A stretch of DNA of 53,019 bases from Thermoplasmatota archaeon (lineage in GTDB: Archaea; Thermoplasmatota; E2; UBA202; DSCA01): the NCBI GenBank assembly GCA_046498345.1, contig JAWOAW010000015.1, positions 1 to 53,019 on the forward strand. Reading direction: 5' to 3'. Every line of letters starts with the position of its first letter. Position 1 is the first letter of the stretch. Positions 14,606 through 22,726 of the stretch are shown here, piece by piece. Position numbers and translations under genes: made by a program. Under the pieces are notes generated by a model. It saw nothing but the letters and a program-made list of their open reading frames with translations. It was not told the DNA's origin and ran no database searches.

Positions 14606-15963
14606 GAGCCAAACGCGACATGTATCCGGGGAAACGGGAGCATCCGGCAGCGGACGCGCAGGGCCACGTCGAAGAAATGGGATACCAGGCTGCAGTCAGC
14701 GCCCAGGCCCTGCTCCGGGGGCAGCAGGTCAAGGGTGAGCGCGTTGTGGCCCAGGACAGATATCTGGCGCATCGGCTCTATCTCGCAGGTGCCGTTGAGC
14801 GACACGGTGTTGCTCTCGTTGCTGTACACGCCGGCGATCGGTCCGGGTGACTCCCAGAGGTATATCGCCTGCCAGAGCGACGATGACAGGTTGGTGTCCA
14901 GGTAGGTGTTGACGTCGCAGGCCATGGTGCAGTTCAATGCAACATGGTGCTCGTTGTGCCGTGCCTCGAGCTCGATGCCGGTCGGATAGTAGGCGTCGTA
15001 TTCCGGGGCATATGCCATGGATGTATAGGAAAACGCGATGTCGGAGAACGTGAGATATCTTCCATCGGGGGTGACAAGGTAGAGGATGCCGAAGGCCGGC
15101 CCCTCTGTGACCCAGAAGGGGATGTTGCCGTAGAACAGGCTCCATCCGCTGTCGAAGGAGGCCCATATCCAGTCGTATCCGAACATGTTGCTCTCCGTGG
15201 CAAACCCGATGCTGGAGGATGGGTTGCCCTCGCGGTGGGACAGCCACCACCCGGCCAGCTGGCCGTACGCCTTGAGTGTATGTTCGAGGCCGCTGCCGCT
15301 CCGCAGGGGGTTGCTGTAGGTCCAGTTGCCCCATACGTGCTCGTAATAGCCCGTGCCGGTCACGCGGTGCGATACGTTGTCCATGGTCATCGTGCCGGAC
15401 ACGGTGCAGCGGGGAATGAAGCCGTAGCGATACGAGCCCAGCCCCATGGGGAGCACCGCGCCTGATATGCTGTCGGCCACCCATTTCGGCGGCGTGGTGG
15501 CGTTGAGCTGCAGGTCAACGGTGACATTGCGGCGTTCGAAATGCACCCGATAGGAGGGATATCGTCCCTGCATCCAGGAGTCGCCGTAGCTCAGATTGAC
15601 CTGGTTTTTTTCAAACGAAAGCGTGCCGATGGGGTCGCCGTACGAGCCCAGGGAATAGCTGTCGCCGCTGCTCAGGTTGAACAGGGTGAGGAAGAGATTG
15701 CAGGCCGGGGTCTCCCGCTCGTATTCAAAAGACGAGGTCAGCGTCCAGCGGGCGCCGCTGTCAAGCGTCATGACGGCGTCGACGTTCCACCATTCACGGC
15801 TGCATGGAAAATGTGCGCCCTCGTCCGAGGCCGACCAGTCCGACGCGCCGGTGTAGACCGATCCGGGCTGCCGGGACGGCGGCCAGACCATGACTGGCAG
15901 CAGGCCGGCGCCGAGCAGGACAGCGGCCAGGCAGCAGACGAGGAGAAGACGCATGAGTCCCAT
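14602..15963 (-). CDS. Secreted AttH/CrtC-like (lipocalin-fold hydrolase/hydratase-like) protein
   Basis: Signal peptide MGLMRLLLVCCLAAVLLGAG. GTGYYEHVWGNW resembles the G-x-x-W-x-D-H-x-W-G box of the AttH/hydroxyneurosporene-synthase family. There are many N-x-S/T sequons. The call is tentative. Confidence 0.5.
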   Translation of the reverse strand: MGLMRLLLVCCLAAVLLGAGLLPVMVWPPSRQPGSVYTGASDWSASDEGAHFPCSREWWNVDAVMTLDSGARWTLTSSFEYERETPACNLFLTLFNLSSGDSYSLGSYGDPIGTLSFEKNQVNLSYGDSWMQGRYPSYRVHFERRNVTVDLQLNATTPPKWVADSISGAVLPMGLGSYRYGFIPRCTVSGTMTMDNVSHRVTGTGYYEHVWGNWTYSNPLRSGSGLEHTLKAYGQLAGWWLSHREGNPSSSIGFATESNMFGYDWIWASFDSGWSLFYGNIPFWVTEGPAFGILYLVTPDGRYLTFSDIAFSYTSMAYAPEYDAYYPTGIELEARHNEHHVALNCTMACDVNTYLDTNLSSSLWQAIYLWESPGPIAGVYSNESNTVSLNGTCEIEPMRQISVLGHNALTLDLLPPEQGLGADCSLVSHFFDVALRVRCRMLPFPRIHVAFGS

Positions 15964-15987
15964 ATCCTGCCTATATAAAAAAACGTT

Positions 15988-16015
15988 ACCCACACCCCCT
16001 CATTTCCACTGGAAC
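15988..16015 (+). promoter_or_regulatory. Conserved 28-nt motif, copy 2 (ACCCACACCCCCTCATTTCCACTGGAAC)
   Basis: Lies between the divergent starts 15963 (-) and 16043 (+). It is immediately followed by the TATA-like TTTAATATAT. Confidence 0.6.
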
Positions 16016-16042
16016 TTTAATATATCGGCAGGGTTACATGAT

Positions 16043-17677
16043 ATGCTGCTGACGCTGCTGGACGGCTACGTCGACGAGCCCTCCTGCCTGGGTGTGCCTC
16101 CCTACATCTCTCCCTACGTCAGATACGCCGCCGGCGCCATCGTCGACGCCGGACACCGCTGCCAGTACCGGACCGTCGACCAATGGCGGCAGGGTGCCTC
16201 CCTCGACGGCAGCGCTCTGCTGATCATAACCGGGGCGCTGGTCCCCGGCCGATACCTGCGCGGCATGCCCATGTCGTACAATGAGTTTCACCGTATCACG
16301 GCATCGTTCAACGGACCCGTCATACTCGGCGGGTCGTCAGCGAAGCATGGCATCGGCCACGGCGGTGGACGGGCACCCCGCCGGGTACACGACCTCGTTG
16401 ACTACACCGCCGAAAAAGATGCAGACGCATTCATCTACGACCTTCTACATGACACCCTGCGGCAGCGCCATCGTACAAAAAAAGAATGGCAGCGCTGGGC
16501 TCTGGCCGGGGCAGACGTCGTGACACGCCATCCCGACTTCCCCGACACCTTGCTGGCGGAAATCGAGACATACCGGGGCTGCCCGCGGTATCTCACCGGG
16601 GGATGCAGCTTCTGCATGGAGCCCCTCCACGGTCGACCGGAAACCCGGCCGGCAGACGACATCGTGGAAGAAACCGTCCGCCTGTACGAGCTCGGCGTCC
16701 GGCATTTCCGACTGGGCTGCCAGTCATGTTTTTACTCCTACAGCTCCCGCGACATCGGCACCAGGGAAACGCCGCGGCCCAACGTGGCTGCCATACGCCG
16801 GCTGCTCACAGGGATACGAACCCTGGCCCCGAACATCGAGGTGTTGCACATAGACAACGCCAACCCGGCGGTCGTCGCCACCTATCCCGATGAAGCAGCG
16901 GAGATAACCCGGCTCATAACCCGTCTCTGCACGGCGGGAAACACGGTAGCGCTGGGCATGGAAACAGCCGACGAAAGGGTCCGGACGGCCAACCACATCA
17001 ACGCAACGCCTGGGCAAACCCTGGCGGCCATACGTCTCATCAACGACCTGGGAGCCCGGCGAGGCGAGAACGGTATGCCCCGCCTGCTGCCCGGCATAAA
17101 CTTTTTGTACGGGCTGCTCGGTGAAAGCAGCGAAACCTTTCAAAAAAACAGGGTGTTTCTGCGCACGGTGATGCAGGAGCAGCTGCTGCTCCGGCGCATC
17201 AACATCCGGCAGGTGGTTCCCGTCCGCAGCCAACAGGCCGGGACAGACACTGCGGCGCTGCAGGCGTTCAAACAGGAGGTAAACGAGTCGGTCAACCGGC
17301 CGATGCTCCGGCGTATAACCCCCCGGGGTACCGTCCTGAAGGACGTATACCTGGAGATACACCGGGGAAAAAACACGTTTGGCCGACAGATCGGCTCCTA
17401 TCCCTTGCTGGTCTGCCTGCCATACCGGGAGGAGACCGGGCATTTCGTCGACGTGAAGATAACCGGGCATGGCTACCGGAGCATCACCGGTATCGCATAT
17501 CCGCTGGACATCAACACGGCCTCGCTCGATGCGCTGACAGCGCTGCCCGAGGTAGGCGAAAAACGGGCGGCTCGCATCATCACCGGCCGGCCGTATGCAG
17601 ACATGTCCGAGCTCGCAGCCGTCATGGACCCCGGGTTTGACACGGCGGCGCTTTCAGGCTGGTGCCGTCTCGGGTAG
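16043..17677 (+). CDS. Radical SAM superfamily enzyme with C-terminal helix-hairpin-helix (COG1031-like)
   Basis: MLLTLLDGYVDEPSCLGVPPYISPY...; Cys cluster YRGCPRYLTGGCSFC; C-terminal HhH LDINTASLDALTALPEVGEKRAARII. The real start is ATG 16043, not the track start 15890. Confidence 0.75.
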   Translation: MLLTLLDGYVDEPSCLGVPPYISPYVRYAAGAIVDAGHRCQYRTVDQWRQGASLDGSALLIITGALVPGRYLRGMPMSYNEFHRITASFNGPVILGGSSAKHGIGHGGGRAPRRVHDLVDYTAEKDADAFIYDLLHDTLRQRHRTKKEWQRWALAGADVVTRHPDFPDTLLAEIETYRGCPRYLTGGCSFCMEPLHGRPETRPADDIVEETVRLYELGVRHFRLGCQSCFYSYSSRDIGTRETPRPNVAAIRRLLTGIRTLAPNIEVLHIDNANPAVVATYPDEAAEITRLITRLCTAGNTVALGMETADERVRTANHINATPGQTLAAIRLINDLGARRGENGMPRLLPGINFLYGLLGESSETFQKNRVFLRTVMQEQLLLRRINIRQVVPVRSQQAGTDTAALQAFKQEVNESVNRPMLRRITPRGTVLKDVYLEIHRGKNTFGRQIGSYPLLVCLPYREETGHFVDVKITGHGYRSITGIAYPLDINTASLDALTALPEVGEKRAARIITGRPYADMSELAAVMDPGFDTAALSGWCRLG

Positions 17678-18361
17678 CCTGTCCCTCCATTTGTTGCCGC
17701 GGAGGTCGGACAGATGGATGACGGTCACTGCTATCTCGTCGCTGTCAAGCAACGCCGCCATGCCGGGGATATGCCCCTCGCCGACGAAGGCAACGACGGA
17801 GTCGTACATGTCCAGCGCCTGCCTGAGCCGGGATGCCATGTGATGGTTTCGCTCCTCGATGAGGATGGTGTAGAGCTCCGGGAGCGTGGACTGCATCTCC
17901 CGGAGATATGTCTGCGGCTTGGTTTCAAACGACGAGATTTCTTTTTCGACGCGTTTTTTGCTGAGGAAAAGCGACGAGATCCCGCTGACCATGAACAACA
18001 CCTTTTTTCGCAGAGGGATGCTGCTCCATAGCCTGGCCATGACCATCTGAACATCCCGGTCGATGCAGAGGATGCCGATGGTGTTATCCCTGGCCGTTTT
18101 GGCGGCTGCGGCCATCTCCGACCCGGTGGCAACGCCGTATTTTTTGGCTATCCGTTCCTGCAGCGAGGCCAGCAGCATATGGAAAAACGGCAGATTGCCG
18201 TGCTCACCCCCCGGGGAAAGCAGCGCCCGGAGGCGGTTTCTGTCGAGCTCAAGCGCTACCACGTCCGGTTGCACCATGGCAATGATGTCCTGCACCTGGG
18301 ATGAGATGTCGAAGACGTGGCCCACGCCGACCAGGATTATCTGTTTTTCTGCAGCAGCCAC
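17654..18361 (-). CDS. TraB/PrgY/GumN family protein
   Basis: IILVGVGHVFDISSQVQDIIAMVQPDVVALELDRNR ... ERNHHMASRL ... VAFVGEGHIPG: the TraB-family pattern. Confidence 0.75.
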   Translation of the reverse strand: MAAAEKQIILVGVGHVFDISSQVQDIIAMVQPDVVALELDRNRLRALLSPGGEHGNLPFFHMLLASLQERIAKKYGVATGSEMAAAAKTARDNTIGILCIDRDVQMVMARLWSSIPLRKKVLFMVSGISSLFLSKKRVEKEISSFETKPQTYLREMQSTLPELYTILIEERNHHMASRLRQALDMYDSVVAFVGEGHIPGMAALLDSDEIAVTVIHLSDLRGNKWRDRLPETAPA

Positions 18362-18987
18362 TGTACCAGCTCGTCGATGCCCTCGTCGTGCCGGGCATCG
18401 GTCAAAAAATATTTTTTTGGTGCTATCTCCTCGATGTCCCCGACGATGGTGTCGACGTCGACGCCCATGTGCTCGGCCAGGTCTATCTTATTGACCACGA
18501 TGAAGTCGGCTGTCTGGAAGATAAGCGGATGCTTTTTCACCATGTCGTCTCCCTCGGTGACGGAGATGACGACGCCCCGCTTATCGCAGCCGAGCATGAA
18601 ATCCGCGGGGCAGACCAGATTGCCGATGTTCTCTACGAATACCACGTCGAGGCTGTCGAGGTCGAGGTCGTCCAGGGCATGCTCTATGAGATGCGCGTCG
18701 AGATGGCATTCCTTGCCGGTGTTGATGTTCACCACGGGTACGTGATGGCCCCGGATGCGCCGGTAGTCGCTGTCGCCGGTGACGTCTCCCACGATGACGC
18801 CGACCTGCTGGCTGCCGAGCAGCCTGTCAGCTATTTTTTCGATGAGCAATGTCTTCCCGGAGCCGATGGCCCCCATGAGGTCGATGGCCGTCACCCCGGC
18901 TCGTTCAAAGCGGTCGGCGTTGGCCTGCGCTATCTTTTCGTTTTCCTCGAAGATGTCTTTGCCGACGGCGACGTCAACCTTGTGCAT
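18337..18987 (-). CDS. hypB: Hydrogenase nickel-incorporation GTPase HypB
   Basis: GAIGSGKTLLIEK (P-loop), CHLDAHLIEHAL, ENIGNLVCPADF, VVNKIDL. Confidence 0.95.
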   Translation of the reverse strand: MHKVDVAVGKDIFEENEKIAQANADRFERAGVTAIDLMGAIGSGKTLLIEKIADRLLGSQQVGVIVGDVTGDSDYRRIRGHHVPVVNINTGKECHLDAHLIEHALDDLDLDSLDVVFVENIGNLVCPADFMLGCDKRGVVISVTEGDDMVKKHPLIFQTADFIVVNKIDLAEHMGVDVDTIVGDIEEIAPKKYFLTDARHDEGIDELVQWLLQKNR

Positions 18988-18992
18988 GGTAC

Positions 18993-19220
18993 CTACAAAG
19001 CATCCCCGTCTTTAAATGCTTCCGTCCGCACCGCGTCGAGCAGTCCGTGGGCGTAGTTGATGCATCCAAATGCGGTGAACAGGTCCCGTCGGGCCAGATA
19101 GTATTTTGCGTCGTCGTAATACCGCCGGGCCATGTCCACGATGTCCTGCCGGTCAACCGCGTCCACGTGCCGCTCGAACAGGGTGATGTCTTTTTCAATG
19201 CGTTCTCTCTGATCCATCAT
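18993..19220 (-). CDS. Small conserved archaeal protein (DUF357-like, tentative)
   Basis: MMDQRERIEKDITLFERHVD...ARRYYDDAKYYLARRDLFTAFGCINYAHGLLDA. The start overlaps the hflX stop (ATGATGA). Confidence 0.5.
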   Translation of the reverse strand: MMDQRERIEKDITLFERHVDAVDRQDIVDMARRYYDDAKYYLARRDLFTAFGCINYAHGLLDAVRTEAFKDGDAL

Positions 19221-20494
19221 ATCATTCTCACCCGGGCACCGCGCTGCTGGCAGCGTCCCACTATTTTGTCTTTGACCCGCTGGCTGCAGGTCACGCGGAC
19301 GAAGCTGGTGCCATCGTTTCGCACCGTGCACACCCGCGCCTGCTGGTTGAAGATAAACGACATGTCGTCCTCGTCGATGCCGTCGGGGAACACGATCTCC
19401 ATCCGGACCCTGTCGGGCAGCGCCGCGTAGATGGCGTCCACCAGGCCATCTATGTTTTCCCCGGTTTCCGCTGACAGGTACAGGCAGGGCCTGGCGCCGG
19501 TGACCTCGCGTATGCCCTCCAGCTTTTCCCGTCGCTCCGCATCGGACAGGCAGTCGGCCTTGTTGAGCCCTACGACGATGTCGGGATGGGTTTCCATCTC
19601 CATGATCTCCCGCAGTGACACGGACGCCTTCTCCCGGATGGTCTCCGTGTCCTCGCTGGCGTCTATCAATAGCACGATGACGTCGGACAGGGCTATCTCC
19701 TCCAGCGTGGGATGGAAGGCGTCCACCAGCCAGTGGGGGAGGTCCCGGATAAAGCCGACCGTATCAGTGATGAGAATGGGCATCGCATGTGTTCCCTGGT
19801 CGTGTTTCAGGCGCCGGGTGGTCGTGGACAGCGTTGAGAACAGGCGTTCTTCGACCGCCACCTCCTCGTCGGATAGCCGGTTGAGCAGGCTGCTTTTGCC
19901 CGCGTTGGTGTACCCGGCGATGGAGACCAGGTAGAAACCCTTGTCCCGGCGGTTTTTCCGGTGGGACTCCCGCACCTTTTCTGTTTTTTCCAGCTCCTCC
20001 TTGATGTTTTTTATCTGTTTTTTGATCATCTCGTAGTAGTTGGCCACCTCGTACTGGCCGCCGGCCATGAACCCGGGGTGTTCGCCGGCCCTGGCGCGGT
20101 GGATGAGCTCCCGTACGTATGGCCGTTCGTAGCGGAGCGACGCCAGGCGGACCTGCAGCTTGGCTGTTTTCCGCTGGGCGCGGTCGGCGAAAATGTTGAG
20201 GATGAGTCGGATGCGGTCGTAGACGGTGACGTTGAGCTCTTTTTCCATGGTGTACCACTGCGACGGCCGCAGCCGCTGGTCGACCACGGCGCAGTCGATG
20301 TCGTGCGCATCGATGTAATCCGCCACCTCGGCTATTTTTCCGGCTCCGATGTAGGACGCCGGGTCCGGGGTGTTCCGCTGCTGGATGAAGACGTGCTGCA
20401 CGTGGTAGTCCAGCGCCTGGACCAGGTGGCGCAGCTCCTGGTTGTCCCGCTGCAGGGATATGATGACCGCGTTTTTTTCGTCCATCTCGTTCAT
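19217..20494 (-). CDS. hflX: GTPase HflX
   Basis: HflX N-domain and coiled linker, then SIAGYTNAGKSSLLNRL, DTVGFI and NKADC. Confidence 0.9.
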   Translation of the reverse strand: MNEMDEKNAVIISLQRDNQELRHLVQALDYHVQHVFIQQRNTPDPASYIGAGKIAEVADYIDAHDIDCAVVDQRLRPSQWYTMEKELNVTVYDRIRLILNIFADRAQRKTAKLQVRLASLRYERPYVRELIHRARAGEHPGFMAGGQYEVANYYEMIKKQIKNIKEELEKTEKVRESHRKNRRDKGFYLVSIAGYTNAGKSSLLNRLSDEEVAVEERLFSTLSTTTRRLKHDQGTHAMPILITDTVGFIRDLPHWLVDAFHPTLEEIALSDVIVLLIDASEDTETIREKASVSLREIMEMETHPDIVVGLNKADCLSDAERREKLEGIREVTGARPCLYLSAETGENIDGLVDAIYAALPDRVRMEIVFPDGIDEDDMSFIFNQQARVCTVRNDGTSFVRVTCSQRVKDKIVGRCQQRGARVRMI

Positions 20495-20519
20495 TTATGT
20501 GGGCGGGGATAAAAAAGCT

Positions 20520-20547
20520 TTTCCAGTGGAAACAAGGGGGTGTGGGT
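20520..20547 (-). promoter_or_regulatory. Conserved 28-nt motif, copy 3 (ACCCACACCCCCTTGTTTCCACTGGAAA on the - strand)
   Basis: Starts on the last base of the polB stop codon. It is followed by the TATA-like TTTTTTAT, and the hflX ATG lies about 25 nt downstream. Confidence 0.6.
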
Positions 20548-22025
20548 CATGCGCTGAAGTCCATCAGGCTGGCCCGCCCGCTCCCCAGGGACACGACGGG
20601 CACCTTGGCCGGGTCGGGCATGAAGTTCATCATCCGCTGGTAGTCCGTCTGCGACTGCCAGGTTGAGGCGTTGATGAGCTGCACGCCCCGGTAGGAGTCA
20701 ATCGCCGTCGTATGCACGTGCCCGGTGACGAAGACATCCGGGATGCGGTCGATGACCATGTAGTCATGCTGCTCCGGGGCCAGCGGGGTTATCTCCCCGT
20801 AGATGGGGGCCAGATGTCGCCGCATCAGCATGTGTTTCATGATTTCGGTGGGCTGGTTCTGGTTGATGCCGATGCGCGTGGAAAAATCAAACAGCGACTG
20901 CCCGTGATAGAGCAGCACGTCAAGCCCGTCCAGCCGGGTGTAGGCCGGGTTTCCCACGAACACCACGTTGAGATCGGAAAAAATCCGCCGGATCTCGCCC
21001 TCGAGGGCAGGCTGAGGAAGCGCCTGCCGTACCGCGTCATGGTTTCCCGGCTGCAGCACGATGGTCACGTCGCGGGGCACCGCCGACAGTTCCTCGGCGA
21101 GCGCCCGGTACTGCTCGTAGATGTCCTCGATGTACAGGTCCTGCTCCTGGGTGGGGTAGATGCCGATGCCCTCGACGGCGTCCCCGGGGATAACGAGATA
21201 TTTTATGTGCCGGGCGACCTCCTGCTGGCGGGTGGTGCCGACCTCGCCGTTCATCCATCGCATAAACTTTTTCCATTCTTTTTCCAGGAACGTCTTGCTG
21301 CCGATGTGGATGTCGGAGGCGAAGGCCACGTATCCCTCGCCGTTGCACTGCTGCCTGGTCTGATGTACCGGTATGTCTGGGCGGAGCAGCTGCTGGGCGA
21401 TGAGAAGCCCGTTTCGCCCGCCGCTGCCGATGACACCGACGACCTCGTCCTCCACCAGCGTGTCGGCCATGCCGGCGTCCTCCTCCGGGATGTAGACGGT
21501 GGCGCCGCCGCTTTCGTCTTCGATGTCCATCAGGACGTGTCCCTTCGAGCTCCTGGTGATGCTGTCCACGATGCCAATGACCGCTATGCTGCCATCCCTG
21601 TCCCGTGCTTTTTTGACCGGGATGACATGTTTCATCTCCTGGCGCTTCCGGAGCAGCCGGTGGAGCTGGGCGTAGCGGTCGCAGAACAGCTTGGTGAAAT
21701 CGGCGAGGGTTCCCTCGCAGCAGCTGTTCCCGGTGACATCCTTGAGGACCTCCAGCTGCCCGGGCTCCTCCCGGGGCGATATCGGTGGCGTGTCTGCGGA
21801 CGGGGTCCGCTCATCCTGCTCGTGTCGCCCGGTCTGGAAGACGTGTTTGACGTCGTCCAGCACGATGTTGAGCGGTTTTCCGTCCACGCAGTCGAGCACC
21901 CGCCGGGCGTTGCTCATGCAGTCTCCCTGCCGCACGAGATAGTCAACTGCCTCGGACTGGATGAAGACCTGCTGTTTCTGAAAGTATTCGATTACTTTCC
22001 GTCGATCGTCCATTTTAGCCGGCAT
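20547..22025 (-). CDS. polB: DNA polymerase II (PolD) small subunit DP1
   Basis: OB-fold region plus calcineurin-like phosphodiesterase motifs: ASDIHIGS, VIPGDAVEG, LQPGNHD, VTGHVH. The start may be 22013 (MDDRRKV). Confidence 0.9.
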   Translation of the reverse strand: MPAKMDDRRKVIEYFQKQQVFIQSEAVDYLVRQGDCMSNARRVLDCVDGKPLNIVLDDVKHVFQTGRHEQDERTPSADTPPISPREEPGQLEVLKDVTGNSCCEGTLADFTKLFCDRYAQLHRLLRKRQEMKHVIPVKKARDRDGSIAVIGIVDSITRSSKGHVLMDIEDESGGATVYIPEEDAGMADTLVEDEVVGVIGSGGRNGLLIAQQLLRPDIPVHQTRQQCNGEGYVAFASDIHIGSKTFLEKEWKKFMRWMNGEVGTTRQQEVARHIKYLVIPGDAVEGIGIYPTQEQDLYIEDIYEQYRALAEELSAVPRDVTIVLQPGNHDAVRQALPQPALEGEIRRIFSDLNVVFVGNPAYTRLDGLDVLLYHGQSLFDFSTRIGINQNQPTEIMKHMLMRRHLAPIYGEITPLAPEQHDYMVIDRIPDVFVTGHVHTTAIDSYRGVQLINASTWQSQTDYQRMMNFMPDPAKVPVVSLGSGRASLMDFSA

Positions 22026-22336
22026 GGACGCGTCCGCGGTGGGCGTGAAGCACCGGGCAGCGACGGCCCAGCATTTTTCTCAATCCCGCGATCCCCTGAG
22101 CACCATTAGTCTTCGGCCGGGCTGCTCCCTTCCGGGCCTGACCCTCTATCCGAAACCAAGATGGACAGCCGACCCTCCGGCCGGCTGCGGCCATCACCTC
22201 TGGTCCCAGGGGACGGGATTTCATCGTCCAACGCTGGATCGCTGCCTGGGCTCCACGCCGCCGTTGGACTTCGACCCCGACTGAAGGCGATTTCCGGTGA
22301 CAGGAGACGCCTAACTTCCCGGTCTAGTCCATACCT
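22020..22336 (-). ncRNA. Archaeal signal recognition particle RNA (7S RNA), about 317 nt; ends approximate
   Basis: The reverse strand contains the helix-8 hallmark GAGGGUCAGGCCCGGAAGGGAGCAGCCCGGCC. The 5' GUAUGGAC (22334-22327) pairs with the 3' GUCCAUGC (22029-22022), closing helix 1. CCAGGCAGCGA/UCGCUGCCCGG form part of helix 5. The ORFs called here are spurious. Confidence 0.85.
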
Positions 22337-22361
22337 TTAGCCAGCATCCATATCTCCCGGT

Positions 22362-22371
22362 GATTTAATAA
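22362..22371 (-). promoter_or_regulatory. TATA-like box (TTATTAAATC) for the SRP RNA
   Basis: Lies about 26-35 nt upstream of the inferred RNA 5' end. Confidence 0.4.
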
Positions 22372-22374
22372 CCT

Positions 22375-22626
22375 TTACCATGGCTGCCGGAGCACCAGAA
22401 ACTCGTTGCGGAAAAAACGGTAGAACAGCCAGGCCAGCGCGCCGGTCACGAAGGCCACGTCGCGGGCCACGTGCCACAGCGCCTCACGCTCAGCGTCGCT
22501 ACCGTAATGGTAGCCCGCCATGTAGGCGTCCTGAGCCAGAAACACGATGGCGATGATGAGCACGGCCACCACGATGATATCGAGATAAAACAGCCAGCGT
22601 CTCCATTGTTTCGGCTCAACCGCCAT
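22375..22626 (-). CDS. Small membrane protein (83 aa, two TM helices), unknown function
   Basis: MAVEPKQWRRWLFYLDIIVVAVLIIAIVFLAQ...VAFVTGALAWLFYRFF. The rest of track ORF 22375..23094 is antisense to the C25 gene. Confidence 0.5.
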   Translation of the reverse strand: MAVEPKQWRRWLFYLDIIVVAVLIIAIVFLAQDAYMAGYHYGSDAEREALWHVARDVAFVTGALAWLFYRFFRNEFLVLRQPW

Positions 22627-22726
22627 AGTCGTCCCTCCCGTAGATATTGGCAATCGATATAAAAGGTTGGTGTTTTTTGAGCAAACAGTTATATCTCGCC
22701 CCCATATTTCTTTACAGAGGCACAGC

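Noticed and set aside
22015-22284. Two small ORFs (22015..22224 -, 22024..22284 +)
   Set aside because: They cover the SRP RNA gene, whose conserved helix-8 motif and terminal helix explain the region.
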